Source: an uncultured Heliomicrobium sp. (lineage in GTDB: Bacteria; Acidobacteriota; Blastocatellia; RBC074). From it: 64,000 nucleotides of DNA. Location of the stretch: the NCBI GenBank assembly GCA_964426025.1, contig CAYRQB010000001.1, positions 1,151 through 65,150 on the forward strand, given 5' to 3'. This document shows positions 18,322-28,439 of this stretch, in pieces. A program made the translations under genes and the position numbers. Each line of letters starts with the position of its first letter. The stretch's first letter is position 1. The notes beneath the pieces were generated by a model. It saw nothing but the letters and a program-made list of their open reading frames with translations, was not told where the DNA came from and did no database searches.

Positions 18322-20649
18322 ATGCAATCTGAAATAGTCCGACCGATCAAAGATTCAACTTCGGCGGACAGGGGCAGAACTGTCCGAACTCCTCTTCTAT
18401 ACAGTTTGTTGCGTTTTCTAAGCTGGGCGCTGGCCATCGGTTGTTTTGCGTGGGCGGCCAAAGATTCGCGCTTTCGCGATGTCGAAGGTTTTATTCGCGG
18501 CGAAATCTGTTTGCCGATTTCAGCCGGAATCGCGCTGATCATTCTGGGATATTCGATCACCAAACCGTGGCGAAAGGCCGCCGCGTGGTTGGCGCTGGCT
18601 TTGATCGGGCAGGCGACAGCTTTGCAAATGATTGATGCCGGCCCGACGATGCATTACCAGCATTACCGGCCAATTCAATTTCTTATTCAACATTCGCCCT
18701 GGCTGATTGTTTTGTTCGCAGTTCAAGCGGTTCTGGCGCTGGCCGGGTTGCGAAGCCGATGGAGCAGTGTCAAATCCTGGCTCGCGCGCAACTTCAAATT
18801 CTGGCAACTGGCCGGAATCGGCATTGTCTTTGTTGTCACCAGCGCGACGGTTTCACGCGAAGCCAGGCTTTATCTGGAAGAGCTTCCGTTTGCCGCTTTC
18901 GTTCAATTCGTTTGTCTGATCAATCTGGCGCTGGCGGCAATGGCGATTCAGGACGACGTGCTAACGCGTTGGAAATCCGGGATTGAGCGTTGGATCGGTT
19001 GGGAAGCGGACGAGAGCGAAAGATTCGACCGAATTGTCATCTTTGCCGCAATAGGAGTGACAGCGCTTTGCGCGGTCTTGAGCGCTTTTTCTTATCAGCG
19101 GCATCCGCATCTCGGCGACGAAGTTTCCTATCTTTACCACGCGCGTTATCTGGCGACGGGCGTTTTGACAATGCCTTTGCCGTCGGCGCTCGACGCTTTC
19201 AATCTGGATTTGTTCGATTACGACAATGCGCGATGGTACGCCGCGCCTCCTCAAGGCTGGCCATTGATTTTGGCGATTGGCGTATGGTTCAAAGCTCCGT
19301 GGCTGGTCAATCCGCTGCTGTCTGGTTTGTGCGTTGTGCTGACTTACCTGTTGGCGCGCGAACTTTACGACAGACGAACGGGACGATTGTCGGCTCTGCT
19401 GTTGGCGGTTTCGCCGTGGTATGCGTTTGTCGGCATGAGCTTTATGACTCATACGGCATCGTTGACATTTGCGTTGGCGGCTGCTGTTGCTGTTGTTTGG
19501 GCAAGGAAGACAGGGCGAATCCACTGGGCGTTACTGTCGGGTTTGGCGACCGGAGTGGTTGGAATGATTCGCCCGCTGGAAGGCGCAATCATCGGCGGAT
19601 TGCTCGGATTGTGGATCATCGGCGTCGGCGGCAAACGGTTGAAAGTTCCAGCCATCGCCGCCTGGATTTTCGGATGCCTGATCGTCGGCGGATTCATCTT
19701 TCAATACAACAAGACTCTGACCGGCAGTCCGACCAAATTCCCGATCATGGTTTGGGCTGACAGGTTTATGGGATTGAACAGCAATGCGATGGGATTTGGC
19801 GCTGATCGCGGAGCCGGTTGGGCGTTGGATCCTTTTCCCGGTCACAGTCCGCTTGACGCCATCATCAATTCCAACCTGAACATTACCGTCATCAACACTG
19901 AATTGTTCGGTTGGGGCGTAGGCTCGCTGCTGTTGATGACGATGCTTTTCTTTTCGCTGAAGATGCGCAACAGCGATTACCTGATGCTGGCTTTGATCGC
20001 GGCGATTTTCGTCGCTCATTTCTTTTACTGGTACAGCGGCGGGCCGGATTTCGCTGCGCGGTACTGGTTTATGATGATCGTCCCATTGGTTGTTCTGTCG
20101 GTTCGCGGATTGCAGATTCTGGCCAACAAACTGACTGGCGATGTTGACAGAAAACCGTTGAACAAAACCCGGCTGCTGGTTGTGGCGCTGTCTTTGTGCG
20201 CGATGGCGCTGGTCAATTTCACGCTCTGGCGAGCGATTGACAAATATCATCATTACCTGGGCATGCGTCCTGACGTGATTCGTTTGGCCGAGAAAGAAAA
20301 CTTCGGCAAAAGCCTGATTCTGATTCGCGGCAAACATTCACCCGATTACGCCTCGGCGGCGATTTACAACCCGATTGATCTGCGCGCCGATGCGCCGGTT
20401 TACGCCTGGGACAACAACGCCGGTTTGCGAGCCAAATTGCTAGAACAATATTCCGATCGTCCGGTCTGGATTGTCGAAGGCCCATCGTTGACCGGACATG
20501 GTTTCAAGGTTGCTGAAGGACCGTTGACGGCGCAGACGCTGTTGGAACGCGATCGCAAGTCTGCCGAATCGGGGCATTGGCAACCGACTTACGCCGAAAA
20601 ACTGCCAGCCGATTTTGAACCGGCATATACCAAACCTCGCGCGCAATAA
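18322..20649 (+). CDS. GT-C fold membrane glycosyltransferase (ArnT/PMT-like, GT39/GT83-type)
   Basis: 775 aa with about 12 predicted TM segments. The first extracytoplasmic loop contains HLGDEVSYLYHARY, a DE motif. A large C-terminal soluble domain follows. Confidence 0.7.
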   Translation: MQSEIVRPIKDSTSADRGRTVRTPLLYSLLRFLSWALAIGCFAWAAKDSRFRDVEGFIRGEICLPISAGIALIILGYSITKPWRKAAAWLALALIGQATALQMIDAGPTMHYQHYRPIQFLIQHSPWLIVLFAVQAVLALAGLRSRWSSVKSWLARNFKFWQLAGIGIVFVVTSATVSREARLYLEELPFAAFVQFVCLINLALAAMAIQDDVLTRWKSGIERWIGWEADESERFDRIVIFAAIGVTALCAVLSAFSYQRHPHLGDEVSYLYHARYLATGVLTMPLPSALDAFNLDLFDYDNARWYAAPPQGWPLILAIGVWFKAPWLVNPLLSGLCVVLTYLLARELYDRRTGRLSALLLAVSPWYAFVGMSFMTHTASLTFALAAAVAVVWARKTGRIHWALLSGLATGVVGMIRPLEGAIIGGLLGLWIIGVGGKRLKVPAIAAWIFGCLIVGGFIFQYNKTLTGSPTKFPIMVWADRFMGLNSNAMGFGADRGAGWALDPFPGHSPLDAIINSNLNITVINTELFGWGVGSLLLMTMLFFSLKMRNSDYLMLALIAAIFVAHFFYWYSGGPDFAARYWFMMIVPLVVLSVRGLQILANKLTGDVDRKPLNKTRLLVVALSLCAMALVNFTLWRAIDKYHHYLGMRPDVIRLAEKENFGKSLILIRGKHSPDYASAAIYNPIDLRADAPVYAWDNNAGLRAKLLEQYSDRPVWIVEGPSLTGHGFKVAEGPLTAQTLLERDRKSAESGHWQPTYAEKLPADFEPAYTKPRAQ

Positions 20650-20661
20650 CCGAATCAACAA

Positions 20662-21990
20662 ATGCAATCTGTCTTGAACACATTGATTGGCGATTGGCGT
20701 CTGATGCAATCGGCGGAATCGGCGCGTATTTACAGGCGGATGACGATTGTGTTTACGGCGTTGATCGTCGTCGTCGCTGTGACCGGCAGCCTGGTTCCGG
20801 CGGGCATTGGCTGGGACTTCGCCAACTTTTACGACACCGGTCGTCGGATTGTCGCTTGGCAAATCGCCGACCTTTACAACCCTGACAGCCTGATCAACGG
20901 CGCTGCGCCGCAGGGCGGTCTGGCTTTTTGGGGAACGCCGATTTCGGCCTTGCTTTATGCGCCGCTCGGATTGCTGTCGGCTGAATCCTCGCTGCTTGTG
21001 TTCAAGCTTCAAAACACGCTAGCCCTGTTCGCCGCCTTGTGGTTGCTTTATCTGCACAATCGCAAATTCGCCGAAAATACAAACGCGGCTCAATGGCAAT
21101 ACGCCGCTTTGTTCGCCGGACTGGTTCTGCTTTACCAACCCTTCTGGTCTGTTTACCGCGTAGGCGGGCAAACGACTCCGACAGTGTTTTTGCTGTTGGT
21201 CGCAGCGATGATAGGACACGTTCGCAAGCGGTTCTGGGTTTCATCGGCTTGCGTGGTCGCGGCCATTCTGATCAAACCGGCCTTTGTGTTCGTGCTGCTT
21301 CCTCTGGTCGTAACTTCTGGCTGGCGGTATTTGCGAAACACTGCGGTCATTCTTGCCGGTGTCGGATTGGTTTCGTTGTTGATTCTGGGCTGGCAGGTTC
21401 ACGCGCAGTTTTTGCAGATGATGTCGCAGGGACTGAAAAACGCCTACCCGTGGTTTTACAACAGTTCGTTGTACGTCACGGCGGAGAATCTGAAGCTGCT
21501 GGCTTCGCCGCCGGTTGATGCGCGGTTGGTCGGCGTTTCTGTGTTGTTGGTCAAACTGCTGATGGTGACTTTGTGCGCTTATCTGATCTGGCAAGGGCGC
21601 AAACAGAAAATGACCGCAGCGGCTGGGAGGCATTTTGAGTTTCTGATGGCCGTCGTTTTCTGCCTGCTGGTTTCGCAGACGGTTTGGGAACATTACCTGT
21701 CAGTGCTTTTCCTGCTGCTGGCGTACGTCGTCGCTGCTCACAGGCATTTCAGCCTGGGCGCGCTTTCGTTGATCGCTGCCATCTTCATACTTTCCATCGG
21801 ACAAAATCTGATTCTCGTCAATCTTCTGCGCTCGATTCACAATTTCGATTCGGCGTTCGAACTGGTTTCAATCGGACTGTTCAAAAGCGCTCCGTTGTTG
21901 CTGACGGCGATTTTTTTATGGCTATGCCGACGAGAGTTTTTCAACAGTCATCTGGCCGCTGTCTGGGCGCAAACAGCGAAAGAGAAGTAA
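20662..21990 (+). CDS. Polytopic membrane protein, DUF2029/GT87-like putative glycosyltransferase
   Basis: 442 aa and multi-TM. The first loop carries GWDFANFYDTGRR. There is no soluble domain. Confidence 0.45.
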   Translation: MQSVLNTLIGDWRLMQSAESARIYRRMTIVFTALIVVVAVTGSLVPAGIGWDFANFYDTGRRIVAWQIADLYNPDSLINGAAPQGGLAFWGTPISALLYAPLGLLSAESSLLVFKLQNTLALFAALWLLYLHNRKFAENTNAAQWQYAALFAGLVLLYQPFWSVYRVGGQTTPTVFLLLVAAMIGHVRKRFWVSSACVVAAILIKPAFVFVLLPLVVTSGWRYLRNTAVILAGVGLVSLLILGWQVHAQFLQMMSQGLKNAYPWFYNSSLYVTAENLKLLASPPVDARLVGVSVLLVKLLMVTLCAYLIWQGRKQKMTAAAGRHFEFLMAVVFCLLVSQTVWEHYLSVLFLLLAYVVAAHRHFSLGALSLIAAIFILSIGQNLILVNLLRSIHNFDSAFELVSIGLFKSAPLLLTAIFLWLCRREFFNSHLAAVWAQTAKEK

Positions 21991-21993
21991 GCC

Positions 21994-24132
21994 ATGGCAT
22001 TTTCCGAACCTTTGTTGTCAATGTTGAATGTGTCTGGTCAGTCAGACGCTTCGCTACCAGATGATAGTCGAAGGTCTGTCGTCAAAGTCGTGCTGTTTTC
22101 CGGCGGCAGAGGATCAAGAGTGCTTTCACGACGATTGATCAACCACCCGCAGGTCAAACTGACTCTGGCCGTCAACGGTTATGACGACGGAGCTTCAACA
22201 GGCGAAGTCAGACGCTTTCTGGGCGACAGCCTTGGGCCGTCGGATTTTCGCAAGAACGCTTCGCGCATGGCCACTGAACTGCAACGCTGCCAACCGGAGT
22301 TGATCGAATTGCTTGATCTGCGATTGCCGGTCGGATGTACTGATGATGAAGGTCTGACGACTTTGCGATTGCTTTCAGATAAACAAGCCGCGCCGTCAAC
22401 CGATTGGCAAGCGGAGCTTCTGACCAAACAGGAAAAGCTGAACGAAGCCGCGCGGTCAGGGCTGGCGCGCAAACTGAAAAGTTTCGAGCGGGAATTGATC
22501 GAAAGCGGAAATTCATTTTCCTTCCACGATTGCAGTCTTGGGAACATAGTTTTCGCCGGATGTTTTTTGGAAGTCGGAAGGGATTTCAACTCGACCATCG
22601 CCGATTACTGCGCGCTGTTGAATCTGCCGGAAGACCTGATTGAAAACGTGACCACCGGAGAAAACGCCTGTCTGGTGGCGTTGAATCGCGAACACAGGTT
22701 GTTGACCACCGAAGCCGAAATTGTCAGCAGCAAACGGCGAAATCACATCAAGGACATTTACCTGTTCGATCGCATTCCGACGGCGGAAGAGGAAAAATGG
22801 CTGGCGACGGCGACGATTCAACAGATTGACAAGTTCATCGAGCAGCGATCAATCACACCGGCGATGAATCCGCGATTGCAGGCGAAAATCGCCGAAGCCG
22901 ATTTGATCATTTACGCGCCGGGGACTCAGCATTCCAGTTTGTTTCCGTCCTACCTGACCGCCGGTCTTGGCGAAACCATCGCGCAGAATCTGACGGCGAT
23001 TAAATTGCTGATCACCAATTTGCAGGAAGACGCTGAGATTCCAGACAGCAGCGCCGTGGACATCATTGATCGCGCGGTTTATTACCTGAAAGACCGCAAC
23101 ACGCGTTCGCTGCCGACGCCGTGTCTGATCACGCATTATTTGTTGAACGACCGCGAGCAGGGAACGGACGAAAAGCCCTACGTGCCATTGGGCCGGCTGG
23201 AAACTCTGGAAGACCCGCGCCTGGTCAGAATCGCCAATTACGAAGAGGGAAGCACTGGCTGTCACGATGCGTCGAAGGTTCTTTTGCCGTTCATCGAAAC
23301 CGCGCTGCGAACCGGAGAACGTCAAAGCATCGCCGTCTGGTTGTTGGACGGACAGACGCAGAACAAGATAACGCAGACGATTCTGGAAGCGCTGAGAGGC
23401 GGACTTGGGCGATTGCCTTTTTCAATCACTGTCTTTTATTGCAACGACGAATCGTTGCCTTACAGCTTCACCGGTTCGTTGCCGTTTGCCGTTCGCAACG
23501 TCGCCGTCAAAGGCGAATCCGAAACCGACGCCTTCCGCCGAACCCTGACCGATGAAAATTTCGATTACGTGATCCTGTTCGATTCTTCCGGGATGTATCA
23601 GGGCGAAGACATCGTCAACATCGCTTCGCTGCTGACCAACAGGCGATTGGACGCCGTGTGGGGAAGCCGCCGGTTGTCCGTCAAAGACATCCGCGAATCT
23701 TACAAACTGCGTTACCGGCACAATGTCGTGCTCGGCGCAATCAGTTATCTGGGCAGTCATTTGCTCAGCCTGGCATATCTGCTTCGTTACGGGCGTTATC
23801 TGTCGGACACGCTGTCGGCGGCCAGAGCGATCAGAGCATCTTATTTGCAAACCGGGCGATTAGATTTGAAGCATCCCAGTTTCAATCAACAATTGCTGTC
23901 GTTTCTGTTGGCCAATCGAGCCGAGCTGATTGAAACGCCAGTCAAATTCTTTCCGCTTTCGCCCGAAAAAGTTCGCAGAACTTCAATCCGCGAAGGCTTG
24001 CAATCTTTGGTTCTGGCCTTCATCGGAAAACCGAAAGCTATGCGCGAAAAGCCTGGCGCAACCGAATCCGGATATGTCCTGACGGAGCAATCGCCCAAAG
24101 GCGCGGCTTCGCCCGGATCAATACTGAAATGA
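21994..24132 (+). CDS. Fusion protein: N-terminal CofD/YvcK-like (UPF0052) domain, C-terminal GT2-like domain
   Basis: N-terminal motifs are VVLFSGGRGSRVL...AVNGYDDGASTGEVRR and ADLIIYAPGTQHSSLFPSYLTAGLGETI, matching the CofD/YvcK signatures GGGTG, DDGGSSG and ADLIV.GPGSLYTSI. The C-terminal 270 aa contain GT2-like motifs: VILFDSSG, DAVWGSRRLS and SDTLSAARAIR. Confidence 0.65.
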   Translation: MAFSEPLLSMLNVSGQSDASLPDDSRRSVVKVVLFSGGRGSRVLSRRLINHPQVKLTLAVNGYDDGASTGEVRRFLGDSLGPSDFRKNASRMATELQRCQPELIELLDLRLPVGCTDDEGLTTLRLLSDKQAAPSTDWQAELLTKQEKLNEAARSGLARKLKSFERELIESGNSFSFHDCSLGNIVFAGCFLEVGRDFNSTIADYCALLNLPEDLIENVTTGENACLVALNREHRLLTTEAEIVSSKRRNHIKDIYLFDRIPTAEEEKWLATATIQQIDKFIEQRSITPAMNPRLQAKIAEADLIIYAPGTQHSSLFPSYLTAGLGETIAQNLTAIKLLITNLQEDAEIPDSSAVDIIDRAVYYLKDRNTRSLPTPCLITHYLLNDREQGTDEKPYVPLGRLETLEDPRLVRIANYEEGSTGCHDASKVLLPFIETALRTGERQSIAVWLLDGQTQNKITQTILEALRGGLGRLPFSITVFYCNDESLPYSFTGSLPFAVRNVAVKGESETDAFRRTLTDENFDYVILFDSSGMYQGEDIVNIASLLTNRRLDAVWGSRRLSVKDIRESYKLRYRHNVVLGAISYLGSHLLSLAYLLRYGRYLSDTLSAARAIRASYLQTGRLDLKHPSFNQQLLSFLLANRAELIETPVKFFPLSPEKVRRTSIREGLQSLVLAFIGKPKAMREKPGATESGYVLTEQSPKGAASPGSILK

Positions 24133-24779
24133 TCAACGATTTCGATTTGCTGATTTTCGATATGGACGGAGTGCTGGTTGATACGACCAATTGTCATCAA
24201 CGAGCCTTCGCCAGATTGTGGCAGAAATTGGGAGTGGATGGTCCGGCTTACGATGAAATCGCCGGGCGCAAAACGAAAGATGTAGTTTCAGAATTCACTT
24301 TGCATTTGAATCCGACCGAAGCGCAGATCAACGAATGGGTCGTTTTCAAACAAAGACTGGCTCGCGAATGTCTGGCCATCGAAGAGATAGCTTTTGACGA
24401 CAGCGCGGAATCCATCAGCCAGTTGAGCGGCCATCAAATCAGATTGGCTTTGGGAACCGGAGCTTCGCGCGAAACCACTGCTTCAGTGTTGAACCGGCAA
24501 GGTTGGGGAGAGTCGTTTTCCGTCATCGTCACCGGCGAAGATGTGAATGCGGGAAAGCCCGAACCGGAAATTTATCTGGCTGCGATGGAAAGAGCCGGAG
24601 TCGAACCCGACAGAACATTGATCATTGAAGACAGTCAGGCTGGGCTGGCTTCGGCGATTGCATCCGGCGCTTACGCGGCGGTGGTCAGGACGGGCAGAAA
24701 GTCAGAATCAAAACGGTTCGTCGGCAGCTTTCCCGATTTGAAATCCTTATTTACTACTTTGGGGGTGAACGGAGCATGA
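24129..24779 (+). CDS. HAD-IA family hydrolase, beta-phosphoglucomutase-like phosphatase
   Basis: LLIFDMDGVLVDT is HAD motif I with the nucleophilic Asp. GTGASRE and GKPEPEIY are also present. Confidence 0.85.
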   Translation: MINDFDLLIFDMDGVLVDTTNCHQRAFARLWQKLGVDGPAYDEIAGRKTKDVVSEFTLHLNPTEAQINEWVVFKQRLARECLAIEEIAFDDSAESISQLSGHQIRLALGTGASRETTASVLNRQGWGESFSVIVTGEDVNAGKPEPEIYLAAMERAGVEPDRTLIIEDSQAGLASAIASGAYAAVVRTGRKSESKRFVGSFPDLKSLFTTLGVNGA

Positions 24780-25564
24780 GTCGGTTGATGATTATTCCGG
24801 CGGCGGGTTTGGGGTCGCGATTGCAATCGGAAATACCGAAGGTTTTATTTCCGGTCAACGGACGACCGATGATTGATTACCTGTTCGATCTTTATGCGCC
24901 GTTGATTGATCACTTTGTTCTGGTGATTCATCCGTTCGCAGCAGTCGCTTTGGAAAGCCATTGCTCGCGTCTGAGATTGCCGATTGAGTTCGAGATTCAA
25001 TTAGCGCCAACGGGAATGCTGGACGCGATCATGATTTCGCAGGAAGTCGTCCGCCATCATCAACCTGATCAAGTCTGGATCACCTGGTGCGATCAAATAG
25101 CGGTTCGTCGTCAAACCATCGAGCGGTTGGCTGAAACCGCGACTGCGCGAAAAGACGCTGCGGTCGTCATGCCTACGATCATCAAACCGGAGCCTTATAT
25201 TCATTGGGTCAGAAACGAACGCGGGGAAATAGTTGATTTGCTGCAACGTCGCGAAGCAGACGACATGCCTGTGAGCGGAGAAGGCGACATTGGTTTGTTC
25301 AGTTTGTCGCGACGCGCTTATCTGGAATTGTTGCCGCGCTTCGCCGCCGAAGCAGGCATCGGCAGCGCGACTCAGGAAAGAAATTTCCTGCCGTTCATTC
25401 CCTGGTTGGCGAAACAGAAGGACGGCGAAACGGCGGTTTGCACTTTTCCGGCGCTGGATGAAATCGAATCCGTCGGCATCAACACCAAAGACGATCTGGC
25501 ATTGATCGAAAAATATTTGAGCAATGAACACACGCAAGCTTTCAGTCATCATTCCAGCTTATAA
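24776..25564 (+). CDS. IspD/TarI-like nucleotidyltransferase (probable cytidylyltransferase)
   Basis: IIPAAGLGSRLQSEIPKVLFPVNGRPMIDYL matches the PAAGxGxRM...PKQ(Y/F)L...G.P(I/L)L motif of the IspD/TarI family. It is coupled to the upstream gene by a 4-nt overlap. Confidence 0.65.
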   Translation: MSRLMIIPAAGLGSRLQSEIPKVLFPVNGRPMIDYLFDLYAPLIDHFVLVIHPFAAVALESHCSRLRLPIEFEIQLAPTGMLDAIMISQEVVRHHQPDQVWITWCDQIAVRRQTIERLAETATARKDAAVVMPTIIKPEPYIHWVRNERGEIVDLLQRREADDMPVSGEGDIGLFSLSRRAYLELLPRFAAEAGIGSATQERNFLPFIPWLAKQKDGETAVCTFPALDEIESVGINTKDDLALIEKYLSNEHTQAFSHHSSL

Positions 25565-26255
25565 CGAGGAACAGTTCATTGGCCGTTTGCTGGAAAAAGT
25601 TCTGGCCGTTGATTTGTCGCGCTTCAATCTGGAGAAGGAAGTCATTGTCGTTGACGACCGTTCAAGCGATCGCACGGCGGAAATCGCCGGTCAATTTTCC
25701 GAAGTCATTTTGCGAACTCACGAAGTGAACCAGGGCAAGGGCGGAGCAGTCAGAACCGGACTGGCTTTGGCCACAGGAGATTTCGTCATCATTCAGGACG
25801 CCGATCTGGAATACGATCCGAACGATTATGTGCAGATGTTTTTGGCTCTGTTTGAAAACGGCACGGGCGCTGTTTACGGCAGCCGATATATGAAACATCC
25901 GAACGGCGGAGTTTTCATCAACCTGCTGACCGGAAAACATCCAGGACAATCCTGGCCCGCATATCTGGGCGGACAAAGCCTTAGCTTCGCTTCGCTGATT
26001 TGCACCGGACGTTATCTGACAGACACCGTGACTGCGTTGAAGCTTTTCAAACAGGAAGTCATCAAACCGTTGGAGCTTCAGACGAGCGGCTTTGAACTGG
26101 ATCACGAAATTTCAGCCAAAGTCCTGGCCAAAGGTTACAAGATAAGAGAAGTGCCGATCAGCTATTTCCCTCGCAGCAAAGAGGAGGGGAAGAAGATCGG
26201 TTTGAAAGATTGGTTTATCGCTTTGAGAACGTTTTACCGTTTCCGCAGAGGTTGA
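25524..26255 (+). CDS. Glycosyltransferase family 2, DPM1-like
   Basis: GT2 core motifs are LSVIIPAYNEE, VIVVDDRSSDRT and IIQDADLEYDP (the DxD). Confidence 0.85.
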   Translation: MNTRKLSVIIPAYNEEQFIGRLLEKVLAVDLSRFNLEKEVIVVDDRSSDRTAEIAGQFSEVILRTHEVNQGKGGAVRTGLALATGDFVIIQDADLEYDPNDYVQMFLALFENGTGAVYGSRYMKHPNGGVFINLLTGKHPGQSWPAYLGGQSLSFASLICTGRYLTDTVTALKLFKQEVIKPLELQTSGFELDHEISAKVLAKGYKIREVPISYFPRSKEEGKKIGLKDWFIALRTFYRFRRG

Positions 26256-26376
26256 ATTTCTAAAATCCCCACCATTTTTGAACTATGGCTCGTCGAATGA
26301 TTGTAGGGCTGTCAAACTCCAGGTTTGCCGGAAGCCAACAGGCTTATCGAACGCGCCAGTTTGCCGGAGATAACAA

Positions 26377-27486
26377 GTGTGTGATTACGAAAAAGTAAAA
26401 ACAACCTGCGCCCCGCCGGAATCCACGCCCACACTTTCCGTCGTCATTCCCGTCTTCAATTCCAATGAGTTTTTGAAGAAATGTCTGGCGGCGCTGGCCG
26501 AATCGGATTTCGACGATTACGACGTGTTGGTGGTGGATGACGGTTCGACCGAAGCCGTGGAGCCGATTGTCAGGCAGCACGGTTACGAATACATGCGGAT
26601 TGAAGGTCCGGGCGGCCCGGCCAGAGCGCGCAATCGCGGGGTCGCTCGCGTCAAAGGCAAGTATCTGGTTTTCATTGACGCGGATGTTTGCGTTCATTCA
26701 GACACGCTTCGGCGCTTTGCCGAAGTCTTCGCCGCAGATTCGTCCATTGACGCCGTCGTCGGTTGTTATGACGAAACGCCCGCCGATCCGAGTTTCTTCT
26801 CGCAATACAAAAACCTTTTCCATCATTATGTTCACCACAGCAATGGCGGGTTGGTCAGCACTTTCTGGAGCGGATGCGGGGCGATGCGTCGCGATCTGTT
26901 TCTGGCTTTCGGCGGATTCGATGAAGAGCGTTACCGTCGTCCGGCCATCGAAGACATAGAGCTGGGAACGTGGGTCACAGCCGCCGGTTTTCAAATTGTG
27001 CTGGCTCCGCAGGTCAAGGCAACGCATCTGAAGAAATGGACGCTGTGGAGCATTCTGAAAACCGACATCTTCGACAGAGGCGTGCCGTGGATTCGGTTGA
27101 TGCTGCGCGCCGGAGCCGTTGCCAATACGCTGAACGCGAAACCGACTCAGCGATTCTGTGTGGCAATGGTTTGCCTGAGCAGTCTGTTGATGCCGTTGGC
27201 AATCTGGTGGCCGGTGACCGGAGTTATGGCTCTGGTTATGCTTTCAATCGTGACCGCCTTGAACATGGATTTTTATCGTTACTTTGCCGATCATTCCGGC
27301 ATCTGGTTCGCCGTTCGCGTCGTGCCTTTGCACTGGCTTTATTTCTGGTACTGCGGGTTCTGCGTTGTTTGGGGAACGATGCTGCATCATCTGGACGGTT
27401 CGTCGCGAAATCAACCATCGCCCTCGGAAAAGTTGGGTTCCGGCCTTTCCGCCAACAACGAGCGACAACCGACGACTTATAAATAA
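26377..27486 (+). CDS. Glycosyltransferase family 2 with a C-terminal multi-TM region
   Basis: GTG start. Motifs are LSVVIPVFNS, VLVVDDGSTE, FIDADV and GGFDEE. The C-terminal 120 aa are hydrophobic. Confidence 0.85.
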   Translation: MCDYEKVKTTCAPPESTPTLSVVIPVFNSNEFLKKCLAALAESDFDDYDVLVVDDGSTEAVEPIVRQHGYEYMRIEGPGGPARARNRGVARVKGKYLVFIDADVCVHSDTLRRFAEVFAADSSIDAVVGCYDETPADPSFFSQYKNLFHHYVHHSNGGLVSTFWSGCGAMRRDLFLAFGGFDEERYRRPAIEDIELGTWVTAAGFQIVLAPQVKATHLKKWTLWSILKTDIFDRGVPWIRLMLRAGAVANTLNAKPTQRFCVAMVCLSSLLMPLAIWWPVTGVMALVMLSIVTALNMDFYRYFADHSGIWFAVRVVPLHWLYFWYCGFCVVWGTMLHHLDGSSRNQPSPSEKLGSGLSANNERQPTTYK

Positions 27487-27524
27487 ACACCTGACGCCGA
27501 CAGGCGTTTCTTGATTGTTCAACA

Positions 27525-28439
27525 ATGTCAAAACCGAAACTGTCAATTGTCATAGCCTCCTGCGTTGGACCGCCGTTCATCAATCGTTGTTTGCAATCGC
27601 TGGACGCGCAACGCAATCAGGCTGAGCTTGAATTCATTGTGGTTGATCGCGCCGGAGGTGAAATCGCCGCCGGGATCGAACGGGATTTTCCCTGGGTTCG
27701 ATTGATTCATCGTCCGCCGGGCGAAAGCGTGCCGGATTTGCGCCGTCGCGGAATTGAGCAAGCTCAGGCCGATTACATCGCCATCATCGAAGAGCATTGC
27801 GTGGCTCGCGAAGATTGGATTGCCACGATTCTGCGTTGCATTGAAGAAGGCGACCTGAATCAAAAACCTGTCGCCGCCATCCGGGGCGTGGTGGCCGACG
27901 CCAATTACGAACGCCTGATGGATTGGGCTGTCTACTTCACTGAGTACAACTCTTACATGCCGCCGCTGGAACGCGGGACGACAGATGATGTTTGCGCCGC
28001 CAACTGCGTTTATCGCCGCGATCTGTTGCTGCGTTATCTGCCCGAAGAAGGCAGCGGTTATTGGGAAGCCGTGCTGAATAAAACTCTGCTGGACGCGGGC
28101 GAACGTTTTCTGGCCGAACCTGAACTGGTGGTTTATCACACAGGGCCGTTTGGTTTCGGTTATTACCTGTGGCAGCGTTACCTGTTCAGCCGCGCTTTCG
28201 CAGGCGTTCGCAGAACAAATGTTTCCGCCGCATTCCGACTGGTTTATCTGCTGGCCGCGCCGTTGATGGTTCCGTTGTTGTGGGCGCGAACCGCATCGCG
28301 CGTTTATCGCAAACGCCATCGCGTGGACAAATTCATTCAGGTGTTGCCGCATTTGGTTCCGATCACGGCGACTTATGTGTTCGGTGAATGGGTCGGCTTT
28401 CTGGCCGGGCCGGGCGACAGCCTTTCAAAGATCGAATAA
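27525..28439 (+). CDS. GT2-like protein, tandem paralog 1 (DxD replaced by EEH)
   Basis: Motifs are LSIVIASC, EFIVVDRAGGE, DYIAIIEEHC, DWAVYFTEYNSYMPPL and ELVVYH. A C-terminal TM helix is present. Confidence 0.7.
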   Translation: MSKPKLSIVIASCVGPPFINRCLQSLDAQRNQAELEFIVVDRAGGEIAAGIERDFPWVRLIHRPPGESVPDLRRRGIEQAQADYIAIIEEHCVAREDWIATILRCIEEGDLNQKPVAAIRGVVADANYERLMDWAVYFTEYNSYMPPLERGTTDDVCAANCVYRRDLLLRYLPEEGSGYWEAVLNKTLLDAGERFLAEPELVVYHTGPFGFGYYLWQRYLFSRAFAGVRRTNVSAAFRLVYLLAAPLMVPLLWARTASRVYRKRHRVDKFIQVLPHLVPITATYVFGEWVGFLAGPGDSLSKIE

